Source: an uncultured delta proteobacterium (GTDB lineage Bacteria; Bdellovibrionota; FAC87; UBA2466). From it: 64,000 nt of DNA. The number at the start of each line of letters is the position of its first letter. Within the stretch, counting starts at the first letter, position 1. The position numbers and the translations under genes are program-made. Below are positions 18,179 to 29,750 of the stretch, piece by piece. A model generated the notes under the pieces. The model was not told where the DNA came from. It saw only the letters and a program-made list of their open reading frames with translations, and did no database searches. The DNA lies in NCBI GenBank assembly GCA_963778115.1, contig CAVZSV010000004.1, forward strand, positions 2,144,001-2,208,000, read 5' to 3'.

Positions 18179-18814
18179 GTGACAAGAGGTTTTTCAACCC
18201 GGCTATTTTGGATCGTCCTAATGGTGATCGCTTCCACGGTCCATTCGGAACCGTTTGATGGCCCCATGGCGTGGCCAAACGACGCCATCAAGATCTCCTC
18301 TAGCAAGAAGCTAAGGGATCCAGGCTCTCAAACGGTAGTAAAAGGTGCCGTGGTGGATGCGACCTCCGATCCCATGGCCAATCTGATTCACTTTCGAATG
18401 GAGTCGGTTGTCTATACTGGATATAGCAATGTGGCCACCGCCGGATCGGCCTATTCGTTGGGCACTAAGTTCGGCTTTGCCCCAAAGTACGGCATTCCTT
18501 TTTATGTCGGCCCTGAGTTATCTTTTTCGCTGTTCTCCCCCGGTTCGATGATGAGAGCGGGGGGAGCGGCATGGTTCGAGATTCACCGGTTTCCGGCCTC
18601 TGCCTATCAGACCCTTTTTGGATTGGGAGCGGGAGGAGCATTCCCAACGGCAATGCCTGCTTTTACGACTACGACATGGACAGTTTATGCGGATCTAAGT
18701 GTTGCCAGGCCTCTGGATGATCTAGCCGCTTTAGCACTAACGCTGCGTCCCGCACTTACGGGCGGATTTTTTAGTTTTAACGCACTCTTTAATATAATCT
18801 TTCGATTCCTCTAG
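18179..18814 (+). CDS. hypothetical secreted / outer-membrane beta-barrel-like protein
   Basis: GTG 18179 with GAGAGG RBS gives a signal peptide; amphipathic beta-strands and C-terminal FRFL. Confidence 0.55.
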   Translation: MTRGFSTRLFWIVLMVIASTVHSEPFDGPMAWPNDAIKISSSKKLRDPGSQTVVKGAVVDATSDPMANLIHFRMESVVYTGYSNVATAGSAYSLGTKFGFAPKYGIPFYVGPELSFSLFSPGSMMRAGGAAWFEIHRFPASAYQTLFGLGAGGAFPTAMPAFTTTTWTVYADLSVARPLDDLAALALTLRPALTGGFFSFNALFNIIFRFL

Positions 18815-18883
18815 CATTCATCACCCCTTCTTGACGCCAAAACGCGCATCTGTCAGCGTGAACTTTCTTTCGGAGGGAAACCA

Positions 18884-19942
18884 GTGTTGAGCAATTTTCG
18901 GGGACTAACGTTCGACGATGTTCTTTTAGTACCAGGCTACAACGGAATCAAATCACGTCAAAACGTGACGACCAATGTAACGATGGGAAAATTCAGTTTT
19001 GGAATTCCTCTTATTAGTTCCAACATGGATACTATTACGGGTACTGCAATGGCGAATGCCATGGCTGCTGCTGGGGGAATGGCTATTCTTCATCGTTTCT
19101 GTTCAATTGAAGAGAATGTGGCCATGTACAAAGGTTGCCTTCAGCCGGACAAAGTCGCCATTTCGATCGGAATTGGAAAAGAAGGAATGGATCGCGCGCA
19201 CTCGCTAATTTCTGCGGGAGCTCAAATGATCTGCGTGGATGTGGCGCACGGCCATTCGAAAGAGGTAAACCGTACCGTTAGAGCGCTTCGCGAGTTGTAC
19301 AAAGAAAACATTTTGGTCATTGCTGGAAATGTCGCCACTTATGCGGGCGCGGACTATTTGGCGGCTGCTGGGGCCGATGTGATTAAAGTAGGGATCGGTT
19401 CTGGTTCCGTTTGCACCACTCGAATCAAGACGGGTTTCGGCGTTCCTCAGCTTTCGGCTATCCAGGATTGTAGAAAAGTAGACCGTATTCTCATCTCAGA
19501 CGGGGGAGTCCGTTATCCTGCGGACGCTGTGAAAGCGTTGGCGGCGGGGGCTGATTTCGTGATGCTGGGTGGATTACTCGCGGGGACGGATGAAACTCCT
19601 GGCGATACGATTGAAGTTAAGGCAGCCGGCAATGATAAAAAAACGGCCAGTGGGAAAACTAAATTTAAGCGTTTTCGAGGAATGGCCTCTAAAGAGGCCC
19701 AAGATGATTTCATGGGTGGCATGTCTGAGTGGAAAACCGCGGAAGGCATTGCTATTGAGGTTCCAGCACGGGGTCCCGTTCGTGACGTTATTCAGGACTT
19801 AATGGGAGGAATTCGTTCTGGCATGACTTACTGCGGGGCAGCTACCATTAAAGATCTTCAGCGCAAAGCTCAGTTCTTGGAAATAACTCCGGCGGTCCGA
19901 ATCGAAGGCACTCCGCATGGATTGGGGCGTCTTACCGAATAG
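18884..19942 (+). CDS. IMPDH/GMPR family protein without CBS domains; likely GMP reductase
   Basis: [43 protein letters not shown]; flap resembles GuaC. Confidence 0.85.
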   Translation: MLSNFRGLTFDDVLLVPGYNGIKSRQNVTTNVTMGKFSFGIPLISSNMDTITGTAMANAMAAAGGMAILHRFCSIEENVAMYKGCLQPDKVAISIGIGKEGMDRAHSLISAGAQMICVDVAHGHSKEVNRTVRALRELYKENILVIAGNVATYAGADYLAAAGADVIKVGIGSGSVCTTRIKTGFGVPQLSAIQDCRKVDRILISDGGVRYPADAVKALAAGADFVMLGGLLAGTDETPGDTIEVKAAGNDKKTASGKTKFKRFRGMASKEAQDDFMGGMSEWKTAEGIAIEVPARGPVRDVIQDLMGGIRSGMTYCGAATIKDLQRKAQFLEITPAVRIEGTPHGLGRLTE

Positions 19943-19947
19943 GTTCT

Positions 19948-20376
19948 TTATTCTGCCGCCTCTTCTTCTTCTTTTTGCGCGGTAGCTTCCGCATATTGGA
20001 TAAGCATTCGAAGAAGAGCCCGCGTCTCTTCGGAGGGGCTCAAAAACTCAACTCCAAATCCCGTCGTCGAAGAGCCTCGAGCCCAACGTACCACGGAGGC
20101 TTCGGTGACTGAAAACTGTCCCAATTTTCCGATTAGTTTCGAATAATCGGTAATCTTCACCTCTCCAGTTTTTTGGCCCTGAGTGTTTTGATGGATAAAA
20201 CGAATTTCGATGAGTAACCGTTCCCCCAAAGCCAAAGGAACGCTGCCGTGCACGAAAGCCCCACCTTCTGAGAGATCACGAATCTCAACGTCCATCGGTT
20301 GGTCTGGGGCCTTCTTTAATCTGACTACGGCAGGGAATCGTACAGGAATGCGTTTATAAGCTCGTCGATCGTCCAT
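19948..20376 (-). CDS. PilZ domain protein (c-di-GMP receptor candidate)
   Basis: RAYKR (RxxxR) and DLSEGG (DxSxxG) motifs intact; GFGVEF. Confidence 0.88.
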   Translation of the reverse strand: MDDRRAYKRIPVRFPAVVRLKKAPDQPMDVEIRDLSEGGAFVHGSVPLALGERLLIEIRFIHQNTQGQKTGEVKITDYSKLIGKLGQFSVTEASVVRWARGSSTTGFGVEFLSPSEETRALLRMLIQYAEATAQKEEEEAAE

Positions 20377-20425
20377 CCTGGTATGATATCAAAAACCCAA
20401 GGTTTTGTCGTCGCCCGGGGGAAAT

Positions 20426-20995
20426 CTAGAAGGTTCTAAATCCAAAAGCTGCCAGGGGGAACAAATCGGCTAACCCTCCTGACGTCGAACCGCCTCCTCT
20501 CATTGAGGAGGTAAACGACTGGTAAAACGATTCAAGTTCGCCCTGTGAGTAACTAGTGTAAGCGGAAGCCGTGGGATACATCACCGCGTTGGGATCCGCT
20601 ACATGCACTAGTCCCGCGCAATGGCCGAACTCATGGATAAAGACAGATTCTAAATATTGGGAGTCTTGGCTATCATCGAAAAGAAAATTGGAGAGCTGGA
20701 TCGTACAAGTCGAAGACTGACGAGTGGTATAGCCGGCACGTAGAGGGTTATCGGTCGGAGGCGGCACTAAGCTAATGCTGACCGGATATCCATTCGTATT
20801 CCCAGTTTGTTGAATCAGAGATTGGCTGCTCATTTGATTCATATCGGAAGTGAAACCTAAAAGCTGAGCTTGTTGGTCGCTGGTAAAATTTTGAAACGAT
20901 ACGATTTTGGCAGGCCAATTCTGAGAGGGACTTTTTACGGCACATCCAATGACCAAGAAACTTACGAGTCCGAGCAACGTATTCCGAACTAACAC
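20426..20995 (-). CDS. matrixin (M10)-like zinc metalloprotease lipoprotein
   Basis: HEFGHCAGLVH and AVMYP Met-turn; GTG 20995 with GGAGG RBS gives a signal ending VIGC. Confidence 0.82.
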   Translation of the reverse strand: MLVRNTLLGLVSFLVIGCAVKSPSQNWPAKIVSFQNFTSDQQAQLLGFTSDMNQMSSQSLIQQTGNTNGYPVSISLVPPPTDNPLRAGYTTRQSSTCTIQLSNFLFDDSQDSQYLESVFIHEFGHCAGLVHVADPNAVMYPTASAYTSYSQGELESFYQSFTSSMRGGGSTSGGLADLFPLAAFGFRTF

Positions 20996-21070
20996 AACGC
21001 CTCCAGCTACAGCTTCCGCTACTGCCACTAAGTGACGACTTAGAGGCCAGCCGATGTCAGGGTTGGTTAG

Positions 21071-21086
21071 TGCAATCAAAAGGCCA
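21071..21086 (-). promoter_or_regulatory. putative sigma-54 promoter
   Basis: minus strand TGGCCTTTTGATTGCA = GG-N10-GC (-24/-12), 75 bp upstream of the protease start. Confidence 0.5.
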
Positions 21087-21135
21087 CTGAGGTGAATTTC
21101 AAAATTAACGCGAAGACCGCATGAACACAGACTGC

Positions 21136-23184
21136 CTAGAGCGTTCGATCACTGCCACCGTCGACGGGAATCTGAGCTCCCGTTGTCTTGCGAAATGCCC
21201 CGCTCACAAGGGCTATCACTCCTACAGCTACATCCTGAGTCGAGAGTTCGGTCTTAAGTAGATTATTTCTTCGGTATTCTTGCGGCGTCATTCGATAGGC
21301 GGCCGCTCTTTTGGCGATGACGTCATCGGTCCAAATTCCAGTATCGAAGACTAGATGAGGATTGAGAACATTGACCCTGATTCCGTGCTTTCCTCCTTCG
21401 AGGGCACACACTCGAGCCAACTGCACCTGCCCTGCCTTTGCGACACTGTAAGCTCCGGCTTCGGGTCCGGGAGCCTGCGCATTTTTGGAAGCGATAAAGA
21501 TGATGTCGCCGCCTGATTCTTGCGGCTTAAGCCATCTCAACATTCCGGAAACGGAGTTAAAGCTGCCCGTGAGGTTAACATCCACACTTTTGTCCCAACT
21601 CTCCTGCGAAATATTTTCCAGGAGTGCTGAAGGAGGAAATATTCCCGCATTGATGACTCCGATGTCGAGACCACCGCAAGTCAGAACGGTTTGCAGTACC
21701 GCCTTTTCGATCTGGCTTTTTTCCGTAATATCCGCTTTTAGAAAGTAAACGCGATTTCCTGATTTACAAAGGGATTGAAGTTCCGAAGTTAGCTTCGCAA
21801 AAGCCGAGTCATCGAAATCGACCGCAAAAACCACAGCTCCGTTTTCAGCAAGTTGTTTGGTAATTCCAAGGCCGATCCCACTTGCCGCTCCCGTTACCAA
21901 GGCAACTTTCCCGGATAGCGGTTTTCTCTTTGGCCCTAAAGCGAGCTTAGCTTGTTCGAGCACCCAGTATTCAATATCGAAAAGATGCGACTCTTCAAGT
22001 GCTTCAAAACGTCCTATCGCTTCGGCATCCAAAATAACTTTAGCGGTATGACGGTAAATATCCAGCGCGATGGAAGCGTCCTTCAGAGTCGCTCCGACGG
22101 TAACAATCCCGATTCCAGGAAGTAGCCAAACGCGGGGAAGCGGATCTAATTTGCGAAAAGTCTCTTTTCTATTTTTCGACTGTCGCTCGAAATACTTTTC
22201 ATAATTAACGCAGTAAGCTTCGGCGATCTCCTCGATTGAGGGCAGTTTGTCCGTTTTGATAGAGTCTCGGGGGACAAACGCTGGAAATTGCTTAGTGCGA
22301 ATGACGTGATCCGGGGTGAGAGGACCTCTTTGGCAAAGCCCGCTAAGATCAGGATGGTTCACATAATCGAGCGATTCTTTCGAATCGTCGAGTTGGAGCA
22401 CGCAGGGAAAATCTCTTTTGAGATAAGCCTTCCGGATCTCGAGCATCCACCGAGCTTTCCTTTCGGCCGTTAACGAAACGAGTTCTTTGTCAGCGACTGA
22501 AGAAGAGGGTTTGCCGATTTGCGAAGTGATATGGGTCTCGGCCATCGCTACTAACCGAATCATTCTTTGGTAAGATTCTTTGGCGCTGGCGCCAAAGGAT
22601 AGAACTCCGTGTTTCATTAGAATCAGCCCCTCCACGGAAGGGTCGTTCTCATAAATTTCGGCAACTGCCTTAGAAAGCGCAAATCCCGGCATGATATAAG
22701 GAACGATCCCTACTGAATTTCCGTAGATCTTTTTTATGAGCTCTTCGCCATTGGGCTGGTTGGTGAGGGTTAATACGGCGTCAGCATGGGTGTGATCTAC
22801 GAAAGGATGGGGAAGATAGGCGTGCAGCAATGTTTCTACCGATGGATCTGGACTACTACTATCCATCAAGTGCGTGCGGAATTCGTTTACCATCGCTCTG
22901 TCTTCTAACTCGGAGAGTTCTCTCAACTTTAAAAGGTGAGGTAAGCGTACCGCCGGAAAACCGGCGGCTTGAATGGTAGCCAAATCCCATCCGGACCCTT
23001 TGATGTAAATGACCTTCTCTTCTTCGCCAAAGATGTTCTTAAAAGTACCTTTGACGGAAGTATTTCCTCCGCCGTGCATGACTAGACTCGCATCGGCGCC
23101 CAACAGGCGTGAGCTGTAAACCCTCTGCTCCAGTAACTGAGAAGAGGAAGGTGCTAAAGAATCATTCCAGCGATCGATGACCAT
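21136..23184 (-). CDS. bifunctional class II aldolase / short-chain dehydrogenase (RhaEW/YuxG-like)
   Basis: HGGGNTSVK, KGSGWDL, PSVETLLH, HTHAD, TPDHVIRTK, EYWVLEQAKL, TGAASGIG, YSVAK; start ATG 23184. Confidence 0.92.
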   Translation of the reverse strand: MVIDRWNDSLAPSSSQLLEQRVYSSRLLGADASLVMHGGGNTSVKGTFKNIFGEEEKVIYIKGSGWDLATIQAAGFPAVRLPHLLKLRELSELEDRAMVNEFRTHLMDSSSPDPSVETLLHAYLPHPFVDHTHADAVLTLTNQPNGEELIKKIYGNSVGIVPYIMPGFALSKAVAEIYENDPSVEGLILMKHGVLSFGASAKESYQRMIRLVAMAETHITSQIGKPSSSVADKELVSLTAERKARWMLEIRKAYLKRDFPCVLQLDDSKESLDYVNHPDLSGLCQRGPLTPDHVIRTKQFPAFVPRDSIKTDKLPSIEEIAEAYCVNYEKYFERQSKNRKETFRKLDPLPRVWLLPGIGIVTVGATLKDASIALDIYRHTAKVILDAEAIGRFEALEESHLFDIEYWVLEQAKLALGPKRKPLSGKVALVTGAASGIGLGITKQLAENGAVVFAVDFDDSAFAKLTSELQSLCKSGNRVYFLKADITEKSQIEKAVLQTVLTCGGLDIGVINAGIFPPSALLENISQESWDKSVDVNLTGSFNSVSGMLRWLKPQESGGDIIFIASKNAQAPGPEAGAYSVAKAGQVQLARVCALEGGKHGIRVNVLNPHLVFDTGIWTDDVIAKRAAAYRMTPQEYRRNNLLKTELSTQDVAVGVIALVSGAFRKTTGAQIPVDGGSDRTL

Positions 23185-23188
23185 AAGA

Positions 23189-23222
23189 GGTCCCCCTTTT
23201 GTGGGTAAGTTACTGGGGGACC
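23189..23222 (-). terminator. hairpin downstream of groEL (GGTCCCCC/GGGGGACC) overlapping the RBS of the next gene
   Basis: 8-bp perfect stem followed by TCTT and the ATG. Confidence 0.45.
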
Positions 23223-23243
23223 CCGTGAATCTCAAGATTTGCG

Positions 23244-24899
<1,656 letters not shown>

Positions 24900-25199
24900 T
24901 TACTTTTCTTTCTTTTCGATGATTCCCAGGATGTCTTCTTCTTTCATCATTAGAAGTTCCTCGCCATCCACCTTAACTTCGGTTCCGGAATATTTTCCGA
25001 ACAGGATGCGATCCCCTTTTTTGATTTCCAATGGAGAGACTTTACCGTCATCCAAGACTTTGCCCGATCCTACTGCGACCACTTCACCTTCTTGAGGTTT
25101 CTCTTTAGCGCTATCGGGGATAATGATTCCCCCTTTGGTCTTTAGCTCTTCCTCCAAGCGGCGGACAATCACTCGATCACGTAGTGGTTTTATCTTCAT
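24900..25199 (-). CDS. groS: co-chaperonin GroES
   Basis: [29 protein letters not shown]. Confidence 0.99.
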   Translation of the reverse strand: MKIKPLRDRVIVRRLEEELKTKGGIIIPDSAKEKPQEGEVVAVGSGKVLDDGKVSPLEIKKGDRILFGKYSGTEVKVDGEELLMMKEEDILGIIEKKEK

Positions 25200-25229
25200 A
25201 GAGATTCCCTCCTTTTAAATACGAATCGC

Positions 25230-25257
25230 AATATAATCGTAGTCCGAAACCAGTCAA
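25230..25257 (-). promoter_or_regulatory. putative sigma-70 promoter of groESL
   Basis: TTGACT-N16-TATATT on the minus strand. Confidence 0.5.
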
Positions 25258-25376
25258 GGACGACCCCGTCCGAGACCGCGTTTTATATTTATATTCAGAC
25301 GCTTGTCCCTCCCAGGGGAGGTTCCTGCCCTGCATCAGTGCTTTGAAAATGTAGCGAAAACGGCTAGGCTCGCCCC

Positions 25377-25625
25377 ATGTCGGATTCTGGTCTTCTTAAA
25401 GTGCGCTGTCCCGTTTGCAGGAATTTCAGCCGCTGGAAAGATAATCCCTACCGTCCTTTTTGCGGAGAGAGTTGTAAGAACAGAGATCTCGGTAATTGGG
25501 CAACCGAGGCTTACCGTATTCCGGGGGCCCCGCAGGAATCGGACAGCGAAAAAACCACCCCTGAGTCACCCAAATCGGACCCCGAAACCGAGCCAGAATC
25601 TGAACCGGAATCTGAGAATGACTAG
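25377..25625 (+). CDS. yacG: DNA gyrase inhibitor YacG with acidic PE-rich tail
   Basis: CPVC...YRPFC..SC...DLGNWA.E.YRIP. Confidence 0.92.
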   Translation: MSDSGLLKVRCPVCRNFSRWKDNPYRPFCGESCKNRDLGNWATEAYRIPGAPQESDSEKTTPESPKSDPETEPESEPESEND

Positions 25626-25676
25626 GGCGAAACGGTCATTTACTTAGCCTGACCCTAAGTATAGGTTCAACCCGAC

Positions 25677-26723
25677 ATGGATCTCGAATTTCCCACGACT
25701 GCAGCGGCTTTGGGGCAATGGTTCGGCGCGTCAATTATCGGGGATCCGTCCGCCTCCGTGCGGGAACTAAGTCCCCTGGAAAACGCCAAAGAGGGATCCC
25801 TCAGCTTTTGCGCTAATAGAAAATTCAGCGACGTCTTAGCCAAGCTAAAAGGGGCGGTCCTTTTTGCATCGCAGGATGTGGTTCAGCCTGAATTGCCCGT
25901 GACTTACCTTATCGTGGGTAACCCTAGGGCCGCGTTCGCCGAAGTTGCGCGAAAATGTTCGGATCCAACGCTATCGCTAAGTGGAATCTCGGAACGTGCG
26001 GTCATCGACCCAACTGCCAAATTAGGCTCTGGAGTTGCGGTGGGTCCGTTTGCCGTTATTGAAGCAGGAGCGGAAGTGGGCGAAGGCTCGATCGTGGGGG
26101 CCTTTTCCTATATCGGACATCAGGTAAAGATAGGTCGTTCCTGTTCGATCTACTCTCGAGTTACCCTTTTGGATCGGATTTTTCTCGGAGATTACGTAAA
26201 GATTTTTCCTGGTTCTGTCATCGGAGGCGACGGTTTTGGAATGGTTCAGCAGGAGGGTTCCTATGCCGAAATCCCACAACTGGGAACCGTAAGAATTGAA
26301 TCCCATGTTCGTATCGGAGCCAATTGCACAATCGATCGTGCGACTTTCGGGGAGACCCTGATCGGCGAAGGCTCAAAGCTGGACGATCAGGTTCATGTTG
26401 GGCACAACTGCAGTGTCGGAAAAAATTGTGTTCTCTGTGCTCAGGTTGGATTGGCCGGATCTGTCGTATTGGAGGACAATGTGGTTTTGGGGGGGCAGGT
26501 AGGGATTGGAGATCATTTGCGCGTAGGAAAGGGAGCTCGGATGGGCGGTCAAAGCGGCGCGATACGTGATGTGGAAGGTGGCAAGGATTATTTCTTAACT
26601 CCTTGCTTTCCTATGGCGCACAGCATGCGGATTATTTCCTCCTTAGAAGACCTACCCTCTCTCGCCAAGCGGTTAAAACGTCTCGAATCGCGACTGGAGA
26701 CCAGTCTTAAGAATGAAAAATAA
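25677..26723 (+). CDS. lpxD: UDP-3-O-acyl-glucosamine N-acyltransferase
   Basis: hexapeptide repeats, IGGDGFG, IPQLG.V, TIDRAT, KLDDQVHVGHN. Confidence 0.95.
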   Translation: MDLEFPTTAAALGQWFGASIIGDPSASVRELSPLENAKEGSLSFCANRKFSDVLAKLKGAVLFASQDVVQPELPVTYLIVGNPRAAFAEVARKCSDPTLSLSGISERAVIDPTAKLGSGVAVGPFAVIEAGAEVGEGSIVGAFSYIGHQVKIGRSCSIYSRVTLLDRIFLGDYVKIFPGSVIGGDGFGMVQQEGSYAEIPQLGTVRIESHVRIGANCTIDRATFGETLIGEGSKLDDQVHVGHNCSVGKNCVLCAQVGLAGSVVLEDNVVLGGQVGIGDHLRVGKGARMGGQSGAIRDVEGGKDYFLTPCFPMAHSMRIISSLEDLPSLAKRLKRLESRLETSLKNEK

Positions 26724-27519
26724 CGAGGAAACCACCGTGCCCATTCACCCTACCGCAGTCATTCACCCTAAAGCAGTCATCGGCGAGGGGACTTCGATAG
26801 GGGCTTTCTCTTTTGTAGGTGAGAGCGTCGTTATTGGAAAAAACTGCGACATCCAAGAACACGTCATCCTTAAAGGAAACACGACACTCGGTGATGAAAG
26901 CCGCGTCTTTCCTCATGCCGTAGTAGGCGGCGAGCCCCAGCATCTAGGCTATAAGAACGAGCCGACCCAACTCGTGATAGGAAATAGAGTGACGCTGCGA
27001 GAATGCGTCACGGTCCACAGGGGAACCGGAGAAGCCGCGGGAGGGCACGGAATAACCCGCATTGGTGATGATAGTTTTATCATGGCCTATTCTCATGTTG
27101 CTCATGACTGTGTAGTGGGAAACAACGTTATTCTCGCCAACTGCGTTCAAATGGCGGGACACTCCGAAGTTCAAGATTATGCCGTGGTCGGGGGCAACAC
27201 GGGCATTGTTCAATTCTGCCGAGTCGGACGCTACGCTTATATCGGTGGTGGCTCCATGATTCGAAAGGATCTGCTCCCCTTCATGGCGGGAAAGGGAAAC
27301 GTTTTTGAAGTGCAAGGTATCAACGTCGTGGGGCTTACTCGCCGGGGTTTTAATGCCGCGACTTTGGGAAGACTAAAGCAGCTTTACAAAATAATTTTTC
27401 ATCAACACCTCACCTTTGATCGCGCTGTTCAAAAAATGAGTCAGGAATTTCCCGATTGCGATGAGACAAAAGTATTCTGTGATTTTATTCAAACCTCAAA
27501 AGCAGGTCTCATTCGCTGA
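26713..27519 (+). CDS. lpxA: UDP-N-acetylglucosamine acyltransferase
   Basis: IHPTAVIHP, GGEPQ, RE.VTVHRGT, MAYSHVAHDC, G.NVVGL.RRGF. Confidence 0.96.
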   Translation: MKNNEETTVPIHPTAVIHPKAVIGEGTSIGAFSFVGESVVIGKNCDIQEHVILKGNTTLGDESRVFPHAVVGGEPQHLGYKNEPTQLVIGNRVTLRECVTVHRGTGEAAGGHGITRIGDDSFIMAYSHVAHDCVVGNNVILANCVQMAGHSEVQDYAVVGGNTGIVQFCRVGRYAYIGGGSMIRKDLLPFMAGKGNVFEVQGINVVGLTRRGFNAATLGRLKQLYKIIFHQHLTFDRAVQKMSQEFPDCDETKVFCDFIQTSKAGLIR

Positions 27520-28523
27520 TGCAAGCCGCTGAAAAAATTCGAGTCGGGGTTATCGGCGCCGGAAAGATGGGGGAACTTCACGTGCGAAAGTACTTGGAGT
27601 TGGCCAATGTCGACTTCGTGGGGCTCTACGATCCGGACGGTTTACGCGCTAAAGGGCTTACCGAAAAATACGGCGTGCAGTCGCATTCTTCCTTAGCGGA
27701 GCTTCTATTTGAAATAGATGCCGTAAGTGTGGCGTCTCCCACCGAAACACACTTTGCCGTAGCTAAGCAATGTTTTGAGTCTGGAGTGCACGTTCTGCTG
27801 GAAAAACCTATCTCTCGAACCGCCGAAGAGGGGGAGACTCTAGTTGCCCTGTCGCGATCCCAGGATTTAATCTTTCAAGTGGGTTTTCTCGAGCGCTTCC
27901 GATACCAAACGCTAACGAGAAACCTTCCCTATTCGCCGATTCGCTTTATCGAGAGCGATCGCCTATCTCTAAGTGTAGGTCGCGAGGTTAATATCGATGT
28001 GGTTTCGGATCTCATGATACACGATTTGGATCTGGCACTTTCTTTGGTGGCAGAAGATCCGATTTCCATTTCGGCACTGGGAGTTCCCGTAGTGACTCCT
28101 CTCATTGATCTGGCCAATGCTAGGCTTGAGTTTGGAAGTGGCGCGGTCGTGAATTTAAACGCCAGCCGAGTTTCGGAGAAACCAACCCGAAAATTTAGAG
28201 TGTTCACCCAAGATTACTATGTGTCCGTGGATCTGATCCAAAACCGGGCCGAACTCTTTCGTAGGGGCTCAAACTCTTTGATCCATCGCGCGGCATTCGA
28301 AGAGGGCGATTTGGACGCTTTACGGTTACAATGCGAAGATTTCGTATGTTGTGTGCGGCAAAAAAAAAGCCCTCTGGTGAGTGGAAGTGATGGCGTCAGA
28401 GCGCTAAGGATCGCCAAGCGCATTCGCGAAGCGATAGATGAGCGCAATATTTTACATTCTTCTGCCCCTAGGAAGAAAGTATCGGGGCAGTCGGTGGGAC
28501 AAGAAAAACTGATAGGACATTAG
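27519..28523 (+). CDS. Gfo/Idh/MocA oxidoreductase, probable UDP-GlcNAc 3-dehydrogenase (GnnA)
   Basis: GAGKMG..H, EKP, GFLERF, DVVSDLMIHDLDL, D.ANARL.F, ASRVS; located between lpxA and lpxB. Confidence 0.8.
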   Translation: MQAAEKIRVGVIGAGKMGELHVRKYLELANVDFVGLYDPDGLRAKGLTEKYGVQSHSSLAELLFEIDAVSVASPTETHFAVAKQCFESGVHVLLEKPISRTAEEGETLVALSRSQDLIFQVGFLERFRYQTLTRNLPYSPIRFIESDRLSLSVGREVNIDVVSDLMIHDLDLALSLVAEDPISISALGVPVVTPLIDLANARLEFGSGAVVNLNASRVSEKPTRKFRVFTQDYYVSVDLIQNRAELFRRGSNSLIHRAAFEEGDLDALRLQCEDFVCCVRQKKSPLVSGSDGVRALRIAKRIREAIDERNILHSSAPRKKVSGQSVGQEKLIGH

Positions 28524-28553
28524 ATTTAAGAACTCAGTGTGATGTGAGTTGCG

Positions 28554-29750
28554 ATGACGAATAGTAGCGGAATGAAGATTAAGGTGATGATGGTTGCTGG
28601 CGAGGCTTCGGCCGATATCCATGCGGCTGCCCTGATGAGAGAGCTCAAATCTATCTATGGTAATCTCTTCGTATTCGGAGCCGGTGGCAAAGGCCTTCGC
28701 GAGCAAGGCGCTAGGATTGACGTAACGGCGGAAAGTCTTAGTATCGTCGGAATTACAGGATGGTGGGACAAGTTGGGAGGCGCGCTTAGGTCTTTTCGTC
28801 TGTTGGTTAACTTAGCCAAGAAAGAGAAACCAGATGCTGCCATTCTTCTTGATCTCCCCGATTTTAATTTAATGCTAGCCCGACGTTTGAAACGTTTAGG
28901 TGTTCCGGTCATTTACTATATTTCTCCGCAAGTGTGGGCGTGGCGTCGATATCGCATCCGCAAGATAAAAAAAAACGTAGATAAAATGCTGGTCCTTTTC
29001 CCCTTCGAAAAGGAATTTTACGATCGCTACGGTGTCTCAAGTGAGTTTGTGGGACACCCACTTGTGGAACAAATTAAGCCCCGAGATTTCCCACGATGCT
29101 CCTCAGAAGTGCGCCAAGCACCGCGAATTGCGTTGCTTCCCGGCAGCAGGACCAATGAAATAGAGCACCACGGCGCTATTCTCAAAGAGGTGGTGAAGTT
29201 AATGCGTAAAGAATTTCCCTTGGCTGAATTCCGGGTTCCCGTTGCCCCCACATTGGAAAAGGCGTTTGTGGAGTCGTATCTTTCTGAAGAGGCGACCTCT
29301 TTCTGCGAAGCTAGCGCACAAGAGACGTTGAGGTGGGCAGATATCGCAGTCGTGGCTTCAGGAACGGCGACCCTTGAGACAGCTCTTGTGGGAACTCCTT
29401 TTTGCCTTTTCTATCGAGTGAATGCGATCAATGCCTGGATTTGGCGTGCGTTGGCAAAGTACAAAGGGTTTATTGGGATGCCCAATCTACTGTTGGGTCG
29501 ACAAGTAGTGAAAGAATTCTTTCAGGAATTAGCCCAGCCTTCCTTGATAGCCACGGAGTGTATCCGACTCCTTAACGATTCCGATTATCGGGCGAGTGTC
29601 ATTTTGAGTCTGAAAGAGTGCCGAATGGGGTTGGGATCGGAAGGGGCAAGTAGGCACGCGGCAGAGAGTGTGAAGAAGTTTCTAGAGACGAGCCAAAGAT
29701 CGCGGGGGATACAGGGAGGACTAGTTGAACGCACGCTCCAACCCGCGTGA
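28554..29750 (+). CDS. lpxB: lipid A disaccharide synthase
   Basis: AGEASAD, D.PDFN, YYISPQVWAWR, FVGHPL, LLPGSR, SGTATLE. Confidence 0.97.
   Translation: MTNSSGMKIKVMMVAGEASADIHAAALMRELKSIYGNLFVFGAGGKGLREQGARIDVTAESLSIVGITGWWDKLGGALRSFRLLVNLAKKEKPDAAILLDLPDFNLMLARRLKRLGVPVIYYISPQVWAWRRYRIRKIKKNVDKMLVLFPFEKEFYDRYGVSSEFVGHPLVEQIKPRDFPRCSSEVRQAPRIALLPGSRTNEIEHHGAILKEVVKLMRKEFPLAEFRVPVAPTLEKAFVESYLSEEATSFCEASAQETLRWADIAVVASGTATLETALVGTPFCLFYRVNAINAWIWRALAKYKGFIGMPNLLLGRQVVKEFFQELAQPSLIATECIRLLNDSDYRASVILSLKECRMGLGSEGASRHAAESVKKFLETSQRSRGIQGGLVERTLQPA

Noticed and set aside
25555..25620. PESEPE-type repeats at the yacG 3' end
   Set aside because: Ordinary variable acidic tail
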